This document shows positions 7,195-14,804 of a stretch of DNA of 14,804 nucleotides, piece after piece. The first letter of the stretch is position 1. Each line of letters begins with the position of its first letter. Source of the stretch: Promethearchaeota archaeon (lineage in GTDB: Archaea > Asgardarchaeota > Hermodarchaeia > Hermodarchaeales > Hermodarchaeaceae); contig JBHLPR010000055.1 of the NCBI GenBank assembly GCA_048939245.1, positions 1-14,804 on the forward strand, written 5' to 3'. The notes under the pieces are model-generated. The model was not told the DNA's origin and ran no database searches. It saw only the letters and a program-made list of their open reading frames with translations. A program made the translations under genes and the position numbers.

Positions 7195-8378
7195 CTTTTT
7201 AATCCATAGAATATGTCGGGTCTCGCTTCTCCTTTGTCTGCAACATCAAATCCGATTTTGAATAATTTCTTAATATCTGTATATCTTACGTCTCGACCTC
7301 CGAGTCCGGCTATGACCCCTTGAACAGGTATGGTTTGACCGCCACGGTAGAGGGCTGACCGGATTTCGGTGGCAGCTCCTCCGAGGTGTCCATATGAGAG
7401 ACTTCGGTCGACGACAACAAAGGCTTTGGCTTTCCTTGCTAAGGCTTGGATTTGTTCAGCTGGGAATGGTCGGAAGACGCGGAGTCGTGCAGATCCAGCC
7501 GCTATGCCTTCGTTTCGAAGTTCGTCAACAGCAAGTTGGGCTTCTTCCCCCAAAGTTCCTAGCGCAATGAGGACAACCTCAGCATTATCGCAATGGTATC
7601 TGTCAATAAATTGGCCATGGTCACGTCCGAAATGTTTCTTGAAATCTGCTTCAACTTTCGGGATTAGTTTTCGTGCGGCTTCAAAACCTTCATGGATTGC
7701 ATAACTAAGCTCGTAATAATATTCGGGACCTGCAATGTTTCCGGTTGCCATCGGATCTTTGGGATCTAATTTCCAGTGGCCTGCTTCATAGGATGGGAGA
7801 AAGTCAGTAATTTCGTCGTGTTCATAGACCTCAATTGAAGTGAACGTATGGCTGAGAATGTAAGCATCTAAAGCTACCATTCCAGGAAGCAGGACTTTAG
7901 GATCTTCACATAATCGAAAGAGCATTAGGACAGTATCATAGACTTCCTGATTATTCGATGCATACAGTTGAATCCAGCCAGTATCACGTTGTGACATAGT
8001 ATCTGTATGGTCAGACCAGATATTCCATGGGGGTCCAAGAGAACGATTGACAACTGGCATAACGATAGGTAAACGTGAACGACCTGCCCAGTGAAGCATC
8101 TCATGCATCAAGGCTAAGCCATGAGACGAAGTAGCAGTGAATGTCCGGAGTCCTAAGGCTGAAGCTCCTATACACGCTGCCATCGCACTGTGTTCTGACT
8201 CAACACGCACATATTCAGATTTCAGCTCTCCGTTCTCCACGAATTCAGCGATTTTTTCTACAATCGTTGTTTGTGGGGTAATCGGATATGCCGCAATAAC
8301 TGCGGGAATAGCTGTTCGTGCTGCCCAAGATGCAGAATGATTCCCTGTTACAGATACAATTTTTGACATCCTCTTCAC
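7191..8378 (-). CDS. porA: Pyruvate/2-ketoisovalerate:ferredoxin oxidoreductase alpha subunit (likely start ATG 8369)
   Basis: AAYPITPQT, VESEHSAMAACIGAS, TATSSHGLALMHE, RDTGWIQL, RVFRPFP and GLGGRD motifs. Confidence 0.94.
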   Translation of the reverse strand: MKRMSKIVSVTGNHSASWAARTAIPAVIAAYPITPQTTIVEKIAEFVENGELKSEYVRVESEHSAMAACIGASALGLRTFTATSSHGLALMHEMLHWAGRSRLPIVMPVVNRSLGPPWNIWSDHTDTMSQRDTGWIQLYASNNQEVYDTVLMLFRLCEDPKVLLPGMVALDAYILSHTFTSIEVYEHDEITDFLPSYEAGHWKLDPKDPMATGNIAGPEYYYELSYAIHEGFEAARKLIPKVEADFKKHFGRDHGQFIDRYHCDNAEVVLIALGTLGEEAQLAVDELRNEGIAAGSARLRVFRPFPAEQIQALARKAKAFVVVDRSLSYGHLGGAATEIRSALYRGGQTIPVQGVIAGLGGRDVRYTDIKKLFKIGFDVADKGEARPDIFYGLKR

Positions 8379-8390
8379 TTCACTAATACT

Positions 8391-8687
8391 TCACTCAATG
8401 TCTGCTTCAGTTTCGCGCACACGTGTAATTGCTTCAACGGGGCAATTTGTTTCACAAATCATACATCCTTTACAATATTCCAAGTTAATGACAGGTTTGT
8501 TATTCTTATCCATTGTAATGGCTGCATCTGGACAAAACATCCAACAGATCTGACAACCAGTGCATTTTTCATTATCTACGACAGGACGAAATATTCGCCA
8601 GTCACCGGTACGCCCCATTGCCCCAGGCTCAGGGTAAGTAATACAAGTAATACGTCTATCTGGTGGATTGCGTTTAAGTGGTGTCAT
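8391..8687 (-). CDS. porD: 2-oxoacid:ferredoxin oxidoreductase delta subunit (2x[4Fe-4S])
   Basis: TGDWRIFRPVVD, CTGCQICWMFCP and YCKGCMICETNCP motifs. ATGA overlap with the gamma subunit. Confidence 0.94.
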   Translation of the reverse strand: MTPLKRNPPDRRITCITYPEPGAMGRTGDWRIFRPVVDNEKCTGCQICWMFCPDAAITMDKNNKPVINLEYCKGCMICETNCPVEAITRVRETEADIE

Positions 8688-9262
8688 AATGAATACCCCA
8701 TATTGAGTTCATTATAAGCGCGTTGGGCTGCTTCAACATTGATTTCTACGACTTTCTCAGGAAGCCCCTCTAAGCCCTTTCGAATCGCCTTCTTCACACT
8801 TTCAATCGAAGCAATATTTGTAGCCCTCACAACTGCTCCTAACATGATGGTGTTAACTACGGCGATTCCAGCAACTAAAATCCCCTCGTCTAAAGCAATT
8901 TTTGTGGCATCTACAGTAGATATTTTTGCTTTTACAGGTAATTTGATTTCTCCTGGTAATCGCGGTGTGTTGACAACTAAAAATGTCCCATCTTTGAGAC
9001 CTGCTTTAACATTAGGGTTATCGAGCAAAGTTTCATCCAAAACGACGATAGCCTCAGGCTCATAGATATAACTGTGGATACGGATTGTTTCATCAGCTAT
9101 TCGAGTGAACGCCATAACAGGAGCACCACGTCTTTCTGCGCCATAATGGGCAAAGGCTTGAAAGTGTTTGTCTTCTAAACGCGTTGCACCACCAAGGATC
9201 TTAGCGCCTGTTACGGCTCCTTGACCACCTCGTCCATGAAAACGTATCTCAAAGAGAGTCAT
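8684..9262 (-). CDS. porG: 2-oxoacid:ferredoxin oxidoreductase gamma subunit
   Basis: EIRFHGRGGQGAVT, YGAERRGAPVMAFTRI, VDATKIA and NTIMLGA motifs. Confidence 0.94.
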   Translation of the reverse strand: MTLFEIRFHGRGGQGAVTGAKILGGATRLEDKHFQAFAHYGAERRGAPVMAFTRIADETIRIHSYIYEPEAIVVLDETLLDNPNVKAGLKDGTFLVVNTPRLPGEIKLPVKAKISTVDATKIALDEGILVAGIAVVNTIMLGAVVRATNIASIESVKKAIRKGLEGLPEKVVEINVEAAQRAYNELNMGYSL

Positions 9263-9333
9263 CGTGTATTCCGTCCAAATTAGATATCGTTACAGAATGT
9301 CATTCATCTAAAAAGGATTATGAAACACTAGTT

Positions 9334-11256
9334 TCACAAGGGAAACGGAAGAACAAAGAGCAGTAAGAATAGGGAAATAATGAATGCAATTGCATAAACT
9401 GTGATTCCCAACCGCTTAGCAATACTTGCTGAAACGGGAATAAGGCTTGTTAGTTTATCAACGGTTCCTTCACCCATTACTAAAAGGGGTTCAGTTTCTC
9501 CTTGGTAAAGTGCCACATTTCCCGGTTCAAGATTATTTGTTACCTCTACTATTAGTTCGATAATAAGGTTGGTCAGTTCTTCATGGGGAATCAGTTCTCC
9601 GATAGGACTATACCCATTTGATGCAGAGATTGCTGCGGTTTGATGGGTGTCCGAAGTCATGATTTCTGCAGCATCAACATATTTAGGAACAATGGCGTTG
9701 ACAATTGTTTCTCGTAACCCAATTATCATATTGTTACCATCGATGAGGACATAAGCCATTTTTTGACCATTCACCTCGACAATGGAAACGGTTATCCCCT
9801 CGTCGCCCATTCCTTCAGCTTTGGTATACCCAGTTTCTTTTCTTTGGGCAATCCCTATCCGCGGTTTACCTCGTGAAGTCTTAGAAGCCTCACTGAGGGC
9901 AGTTTTTGCGGCTTCAATCATATCAGGGATTAACTTCGATCCTTCATGGACCGATTCTTTGAGTTCACTCATACAATTATGCGTATCAATGATAATGTAT
10001 CGATTTGCACGATTTTCTAGCTTCGCTATAATCTGCTCTGCTACGGCTAAGCTAATATCATCCATTTCAATTGGAGAACGCGTAATGAGTAAAACCGCAG
10101 TATCTCCAAATATTTGACAACCTACTTGAATGGTTCCTGAGGTTGCACGAGAAAATTGACTCACATCTTGGACGGGTGTTGCCTGTTCATACGCAGTCTG
10201 AACAATCTCCATAAATCGTTGGACTTCTGCCTGCGAGACAAGGTTCAAATCGTGAGTTGAAGTACTGTGTGGTGAATATGCAATGGCGTTTAATTTCGTC
10301 CGTCCCCAATCGCCAATTTCTTTAGGTAATGCACTACTACCTGTATTTTTGAATGGACCCGGGTGTGCGCCAGGAACGACTTTTACAAAGAGTGGCTCTT
10401 TGGTGTCAGTTGAAAATTTGATTAGTGAAAGTGGTAGGATTCGTTCTTGTCCAATCTGGGTGAGACTTTCTTCCATGAGGTCTGCCCGGTCCTCCATCCA
10501 TACCTCAAGGAATCCGCGGAACATCTGAATTCCATCAATCTTGAAGGCTTTTTTCAAAGGCCGTCCTACTGCTGTAAGTAGTATCCCTGAAGCACTAACA
10601 AAAGTTATGGCACAGAGGAAATATATGATGAGGAAAATCGACTGAGTGGGTACGGGCTCTGTTAAAACATACATTGCCATAGCGGTTGTTGGGAAAACTA
10701 GTGAGAGCAATATTCCGGCGGTGACGCCAACTCGGCTTGTGCTTAATGCGATAAGGAGCATGATAGCAGAGGTAAATGCTGCTGCTAAAATCAGATTTCG
10801 TAAGTAGAACATTGTCGCAATGCCTCCACCTGCCAGGGGGCCGTATTGAAATTTGAAACTAAGTTCAATCGCCCATCCTATGAGAGTTGAAAGAAACCAT
10901 ATAATTAGAAGAACAACGACCGATGTTGTTACAACTCCGAGGAGTCGATGCCAGTTCAAAATTGTTCCCTTTCGGGTTCCAAGACGGAAAGCAAGCAATG
11001 TCAAAAGAGCTGCAGGTGTCGTAATTACTAATCCCCTCGCTGATCCTCTCAGAAAAATTATACCAATAGATGAACCGCCTCCAAGATATCGAAGAAGTTC
11101 AGTAAGTCCTCCAACCAGAAGCGATGCGACGATAATAATCATTACTAAGGTTCTGTTACTTGGCAAGCTAAACAGTCGTTTGTATAGCGAAATTGTACTC
11201 CGAACATCTTCACTCATTATGAATCGCTCATCTGAGATTTGAGAGGAAGATACCAA
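9334..11256 (-). CDS. DUF2070 family membrane protein (start TTG 11256 or ATG 11217)
   Basis: About six N-terminal hydrophobic helices, a soluble domain with HPGPF, PHSTSTHD, DTHN, DGNNM and TSDTH motifs, and a C-terminal TM helix. This is the architecture of archaeal DUF2070. Confidence 0.85.
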   Translation of the reverse strand: MVSSSQISDERFIMSEDVRSTISLYKRLFSLPSNRTLVMIIIVASLLVGGLTELLRYLGGGSSIGIIFLRGSARGLVITTPAALLTLLAFRLGTRKGTILNWHRLLGVVTTSVVVLLIIWFLSTLIGWAIELSFKFQYGPLAGGGIATMFYLRNLILAAAFTSAIMLLIALSTSRVGVTAGILLSLVFPTTAMAMYVLTEPVPTQSIFLIIYFLCAITFVSASGILLTAVGRPLKKAFKIDGIQMFRGFLEVWMEDRADLMEESLTQIGQERILPLSLIKFSTDTKEPLFVKVVPGAHPGPFKNTGSSALPKEIGDWGRTKLNAIAYSPHSTSTHDLNLVSQAEVQRFMEIVQTAYEQATPVQDVSQFSRATSGTIQVGCQIFGDTAVLLITRSPIEMDDISLAVAEQIIAKLENRANRYIIIDTHNCMSELKESVHEGSKLIPDMIEAAKTALSEASKTSRGKPRIGIAQRKETGYTKAEGMGDEGITVSIVEVNGQKMAYVLIDGNNMIIGLRETIVNAIVPKYVDAAEIMTSDTHQTAAISASNGYSPIGELIPHEELTNLIIELIVEVTNNLEPGNVALYQGETEPLLVMGEGTVDKLTSLIPVSASIAKRLGITVYAIAFIISLFLLLFVLPFPL

Positions 11257-11321
11257 TCTTTAGTGTAACCTGAAAAGTTTTTCTTGCAACTAATAGGTAA
11301 TGGCGGTTTGAATCGGCTACT

Positions 11322-13259
11322 TTAATTGGCATATAAAGAGGGGCATTTACCATGCAGACAATTCTCGCATCGTATACATTTTTCAGCAAGTATATTTGCT
11401 TGATTTTTATCGATTGAAATTGCGTCATTTTCGCAGAGGGACTGACAGGTACCACAACCGGTACAAAGTACGCCGCGGAGTACAGTGCGAGCAAATTTCT
11501 TAGCAATTTTCTGGGTAACCGGACCCGCTAAGGAAAATAGACCACTTTCGAATAGAATGGCTTTAATCGCCTCTTTTTTGGTTTGAATTGTCACTTCAAT
11601 CAGTCTTCGTTCGATATCTACAATTACTGTTCCTAGCGCAGGAAGAAAAGCTGCTGCTCGATTCAAGCCAATTGGCTTAGTGATTCTTCCTTTAATGAGT
11701 TTGAATTCATGCACATTCTCAGGATCAATAATAAATGAAGGCGTCTCCTCTGTTTGATCAGACACCTCTGAAAGAAGATTAATATCCATCCTTTGCGCCA
11801 GCTCTCGGATTTTAGGTGGATGCTTTTTCCAGCGCCAGAATCCATGTTCCAACCATTTTGTACTCATCCCATATCTTTGAACTAACTTCTTTGCATTTGA
11901 TTGCCAGCGTTGCCATTCAGAAGGAAAGTTCTCCGCAATAATTTTCAATTCGCTCATAGTAGAAGCCGGACAAAACATACATCCGATTCGTTCAAACCCT
12001 TTTTCATACAGTGGGTTGTAGGTTGCTTTTTCATGAAAAATATAGAGCCAAATCATCATCGCCGTCCAATTATGAATGGGGCTAGCTCCCACTTGTTTTG
12101 GCACCCACGGATTTTGCCAAATTCGTTTACTAGCGGAACGTCGATGGGACTCGTATCTTCGCTGACCAATAAAACTCAAACAACCATCAGGAAAATATTG
12201 TTCAATTATTTGGCTTGTTGGACCAAGTTTAACGGTTTTACAGCAGACCCGATAGTCTCGGGCCATAAAACCATACAAATCCATTACTCGAAAGAATTGA
12301 TTTTCATCAACATTTTTTACAAGCAATTGGTTTTCTAAATTATAATTAGCTGCTGTTGTATACACATTTTGTATAGTCTCAGGAAATTCAATTCCGGTAT
12401 TAATGAAAATCAGATGGTAGGGGTGGTTCGGAAGGGCTTTTCTAACTAATAATAGGACCACAAGACTATCTTTTCCACCAGAGAACGCAACAACCAATGG
12501 TAGATGAGAGTCTTCAGCCACTTGATTGATAAATTCTAGAGCTTCGGTTTCAATGCTACGCAGAATATTAGCATTCGCTTCTAAGACAGTATTCCAGGTT
12601 TGTCCACCTGGTAAGAGTTTGGGCTCTTGTGGTTCTGCTTTGTATTTCTTTTTAATTGCCATACCTCGTTCTCTGGTCTGCATATCTTCTCCTTTCATTG
12701 TCGCGGTTCCAACTAGAATCGCATCTTTATTCTGAGTGATTCCAATTACATATTCTTCTTGTCGAATTGATGAATCAGCCCTTGTTATTCCTGGCCTGAG
12801 GAGATTCGCTCCTTTTAGGATGAAGGGTACAGCGGAATCGTCAATGACAACTTGTTTCGCATTAGTAAGTTTGACTAGACGTCGCGCGCCTTCCATCTTT
12901 GGAACAAATTCCCAAGATAAGGTTTCGATACGAAATCTATGGAGACCAATTATTCGCCCATCAACGATGATTTCTTCACAACAATCAATATCCGGAATAG
13001 CGTTCAAAAGAACAATTTTGTCTGAGGGTAGAAGTTGATGCGCAACCCTATCGCCGTATGTTAATGCTATTGAAGAAATAATTTTATCTCGATCTGCTTT
13101 GAATGCGGGACGTGCATCGCCGGGTGGTGTCACAGGAACTCGTCTTGTTTTTTCTCCACATAGACCACAATGTTCTCTTTTAACCAACGGAACGTTACAT
13201 CGGTCACACCAAGCCAGTAAAAGTGGACCTAAATAGGGTTTCTTTTTCTTTCCACTCAT
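11322..13259 (-). CDS. PAPS/APS reductase family protein fused to Zn-ribbon, PUA and C-terminal 2x[4Fe-4S] ferredoxin-like domains
   Basis: N-terminal WCDRCNVP...CGLCG, PPGDARPAF, PUA-like VVIDDSAVPFILKGANLLRPGI, PP-loop FSGGKDS, TGIEFPET, RVCC, GQRRYES, ERIGCMFCP, and C-terminal CTGCGTC...C / CIRCENC...CP. Confidence 0.9.
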   Translation of the reverse strand: MSGKKKKPYLGPLLLAWCDRCNVPLVKREHCGLCGEKTRRVPVTPPGDARPAFKADRDKIISSIALTYGDRVAHQLLPSDKIVLLNAIPDIDCCEEIIVDGRIIGLHRFRIETLSWEFVPKMEGARRLVKLTNAKQVVIDDSAVPFILKGANLLRPGITRADSSIRQEEYVIGITQNKDAILVGTATMKGEDMQTRERGMAIKKKYKAEPQEPKLLPGGQTWNTVLEANANILRSIETEALEFINQVAEDSHLPLVVAFSGGKDSLVVLLLVRKALPNHPYHLIFINTGIEFPETIQNVYTTAANYNLENQLLVKNVDENQFFRVMDLYGFMARDYRVCCKTVKLGPTSQIIEQYFPDGCLSFIGQRRYESHRRSASKRIWQNPWVPKQVGASPIHNWTAMMIWLYIFHEKATYNPLYEKGFERIGCMFCPASTMSELKIIAENFPSEWQRWQSNAKKLVQRYGMSTKWLEHGFWRWKKHPPKIRELAQRMDINLLSEVSDQTEETPSFIIDPENVHEFKLIKGRITKPIGLNRAAAFLPALGTVIVDIERRLIEVTIQTKKEAIKAILFESGLFSLAGPVTQKIAKKFARTVLRGVLCTGCGTCQSLCENDAISIDKNQANILAEKCIRCENCLHGKCPSLYAN

Positions 13260-13327
13260 CGTCTCTTGCCGTTCTAGGGGATTTCAGGGTTAAAGATAAA
13301 ACTATGGTATTTCTAGCACTAGTGTGT

Positions 13328-13660
13328 TTATCTAATGATAAGGCCCTGAACCTCTTTCCATGTTTCTTCCCTTAGACGTTGCACATCTGCTATTGAGATT
13401 TCCTCAGCCTCTTTGACCGTGTTTGATAGTTGAATTACATTCCCAACGGCTGTGATATTTGAAACGTCAACAGGGAGCTCCACACCGAGGCCTTTCACTT
13501 GTAACTCGACTTTTCCAGGAGGTAACATTATTCGAAGGCTTCGTACGATTCCTATGCGACGCGCGCTTCCATCGATAACTTCTTTTCCAATTATATTGCC
13601 AGGCATTTGTAATTCATAGACTTCTGCTTCAGCCATTGAGGGGACACTGGGTTTCGACAT
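13328..13660 (-). CDS. PRC-barrel domain protein (ORF track start GTG 13669; ATG 13660 preferred)
   Basis: IIGKEVIDGSARRIGIV...I.AVGNVIQL is the PRC-barrel pattern, followed by a predicted C-terminal helix. Confidence 0.8.
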   Translation of the reverse strand: MSKPSVPSMAEAEVYELQMPGNIIGKEVIDGSARRIGIVRSLRIMLPPGKVELQVKGLGVELPVDVSNITAVGNVIQLSNTVKEAEEISIADVQRLREETWKEVQGLIIR

Positions 13661-13685
13661 TACGAGCACACTCTTTCATAAAGAC

Positions 13686-13705
13686 GTGGAATATAGTGGA
13701 ATATA
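13686..13705. repeat. Perfect tandem 10-bp direct repeat GTGGAATATA x2 in divergent promoter region
   Basis: Read directly: GTGGAATATA GTGGAATATA AAT. Confidence 0.8.
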
Positions 13706-13773
13706 AATGCGGGTAATAAAGTGGTTTCAGGCAGAAAATACTCTACTTCATTAAAAAATGTGCTGCGATTAGC

Positions 13774-14804
13774 ATGTCAAAGACGGAATACGTCCAACAT
13801 CCGCTCATCAAACCTAATAGAATCAATAAAAGGCTCTATCAAGAAACCATCATTGGGACAGCGGTTAAATGGAACACATTGGTTGTGCTTCCCACAGGGG
13901 TTGGGAAAACCATTCTTGCTGTGCTAGCTGCGGCATATCAACTGCGGAAGCTACCTTCCTCAAGATGCATTATTCTCGCGCCAACAAAACCTCTCGTGCT
14001 TCAGCATCTGAAAACTTTTCGTGACATCATGGCGCTGCCCGAAGACGAAATGGAAATACTCACTGGTGAAATATCTCCCCAAAAACGACAAAAAATGTGG
14101 GGGGAATTTAAAATCCTGTTTATGACCCCCCAAGTTCTTCAAAATGATTTGCTTGCTGGTCGATATACACTTGAAGACGTGTCCCTAGTAGTTTTTGATG
14201 AAGCCCATAGGGCTGTGGGTGAATATGCATATGTCTTCATTGCCCGCCAGTACCTAAAACAGATCCAGTCAGCATTGATATTAGCATTAACAGCATCGCC
14301 TGGCTCTGAGATTGAAAAAATCCGAGAAGTCGTAACCAATCTCGGTGTTGAGAACATCGAAATCCGAACACGAGAAAGTCCAGATGTTGCCCCTTATCTT
14401 CCGCCAATAGAGTTTGAGTGGTATGAGATTCAATTACCCACTGAATTCTTGCAAGTCGGAAAAACCCTGCGGCGCGCTATTAAGGAGCGTCTTGTTCCAT
14501 TAAAAGAATATGACTTTTTACCCTCAAGTGATCCCCGTCGCGTATCCGTTCGACAGATTCTGCAGGTACAACGTGAAATCCAACATCAAATTTCTCACGT
14601 GACAGCACCTCCGAGTCAGCTTTTTCAATTAGTATCAAATTGTGCAGCTTTGGTTCGATTATACCATGGTGTTGAATTATTAGAGACTCAAGGCGTAAGT
14701 GCTCTCAAACATTATCTTACAGGGCTCCAGAAAGAAGCTCAACACGGAAAATCCTCTAAAGCCGTTCAAAATATTGTACAAGATGCTAATATCTTAGAAG
14801 CTCA
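13774..14804 (+). CDS. hef: Hef / FANCM-like SF2 DEAH helicase, N-terminal part (3'-truncated by window edge; absent from ORF track)
   Basis: Manual translation from ATG 13774: MSKTEYVQHPLIKPNRINKRLYQETI...NTLVVLPTGVGKT (motif I)...LAPTKPLVLQH (Ia)...MTPQVLQND...VFDEAHRAVGEYAY (II)...LALTASPG (III). Frame runs off the end of the window. Confidence 0.95.
   Translation, partial: MSKTEYVQHPLIKPNRINKRLYQETIIGTAVKWNTLVVLPTGVGKTILAVLAAAYQLRKLPSSRCIILAPTKPLVLQHLKTFRDIMALPEDEMEILTGEISPQKRQKMWGEFKILFMTPQVLQNDLLAGRYTLEDVSLVVFDEAHRAVGEYAYVFIARQYLKQIQSALILALTASPGSEIEKIREVVTNLGVENIEIRTRESPDVAPYLPPIEFEWYEIQLPTEFLQVGKTLRRAIKERLVPLKEYDFLPSSDPRRVSVRQILQVQREIQHQISHVTAPPSQLFQLVSNCAALVRLYHGVELLETQGVSALKHYLTGLQKEAQHGKSSKAVQNIVQDANILEA

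Noticed and set aside
9900-10800. Possible further skew switch giving ~3.3-kb periodicity
   Set aside because: Spot checks of wobble positions in DUF2070 were mixed, with no clear change point by eye.
13317-13325. CACTAGT occurring just after both the PRC-barrel stop and the DUF2070 stop (~9326-9332)
   Set aside because: Only a 7-nt match in two places. Insufficient to call a shared element.
13721-13927. 68-aa + ORF suggesting a frameshifted Hef N-terminus
   Set aside because: Hef reads continuously in another frame from ATG 13774 through PTGVGKT. No frameshift is needed.

Overview
Archaeal core-genome window (PolD large subunit, archaeal GlyA, Sec61beta and Hef point to an archaeon; TACK/Asgard-like is only a tentative impression). 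It is densely coding, with 15 supportable CDSs and no RNA gene, CRISPR array or mobile element that I can see. Order: 3' end of DNA polymerase D large subunit (+), 4xCBS protein (-), glyA (-), Sec61beta (+), beta-CASP metallo-beta-lactamase nuclease (+), SAMHD1-like HD dNTPase (-), small PAC4/PSMG4-like protein (-), a gamma-delta-alpha-beta 2-oxoacid:ferredoxin oxidoreductase operon (-), DUF2070 membrane protein (-), PUA/PAPS-reductase/ferredoxin fusion (-), PRC-barrel protein (-), and the 5' part of Hef helicase (+; missing from the ORF track). The most unusual signal is not a gene. It is a sharp, local, mirror-symmetric switch in synonymous-site strand bias centred at ~6785 inside porB (+ strand C/A-rich for ~1 kb to the left, G/T-rich for ~0.7 kb to the right). 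A matching half-signal sits at the window start and a weak one near 3700. Protein-level highlights are a beta-CASP nuclease with a C-terminal PCNA-binding (PIP) box and a proteasome assembly chaperone 4-like protein.
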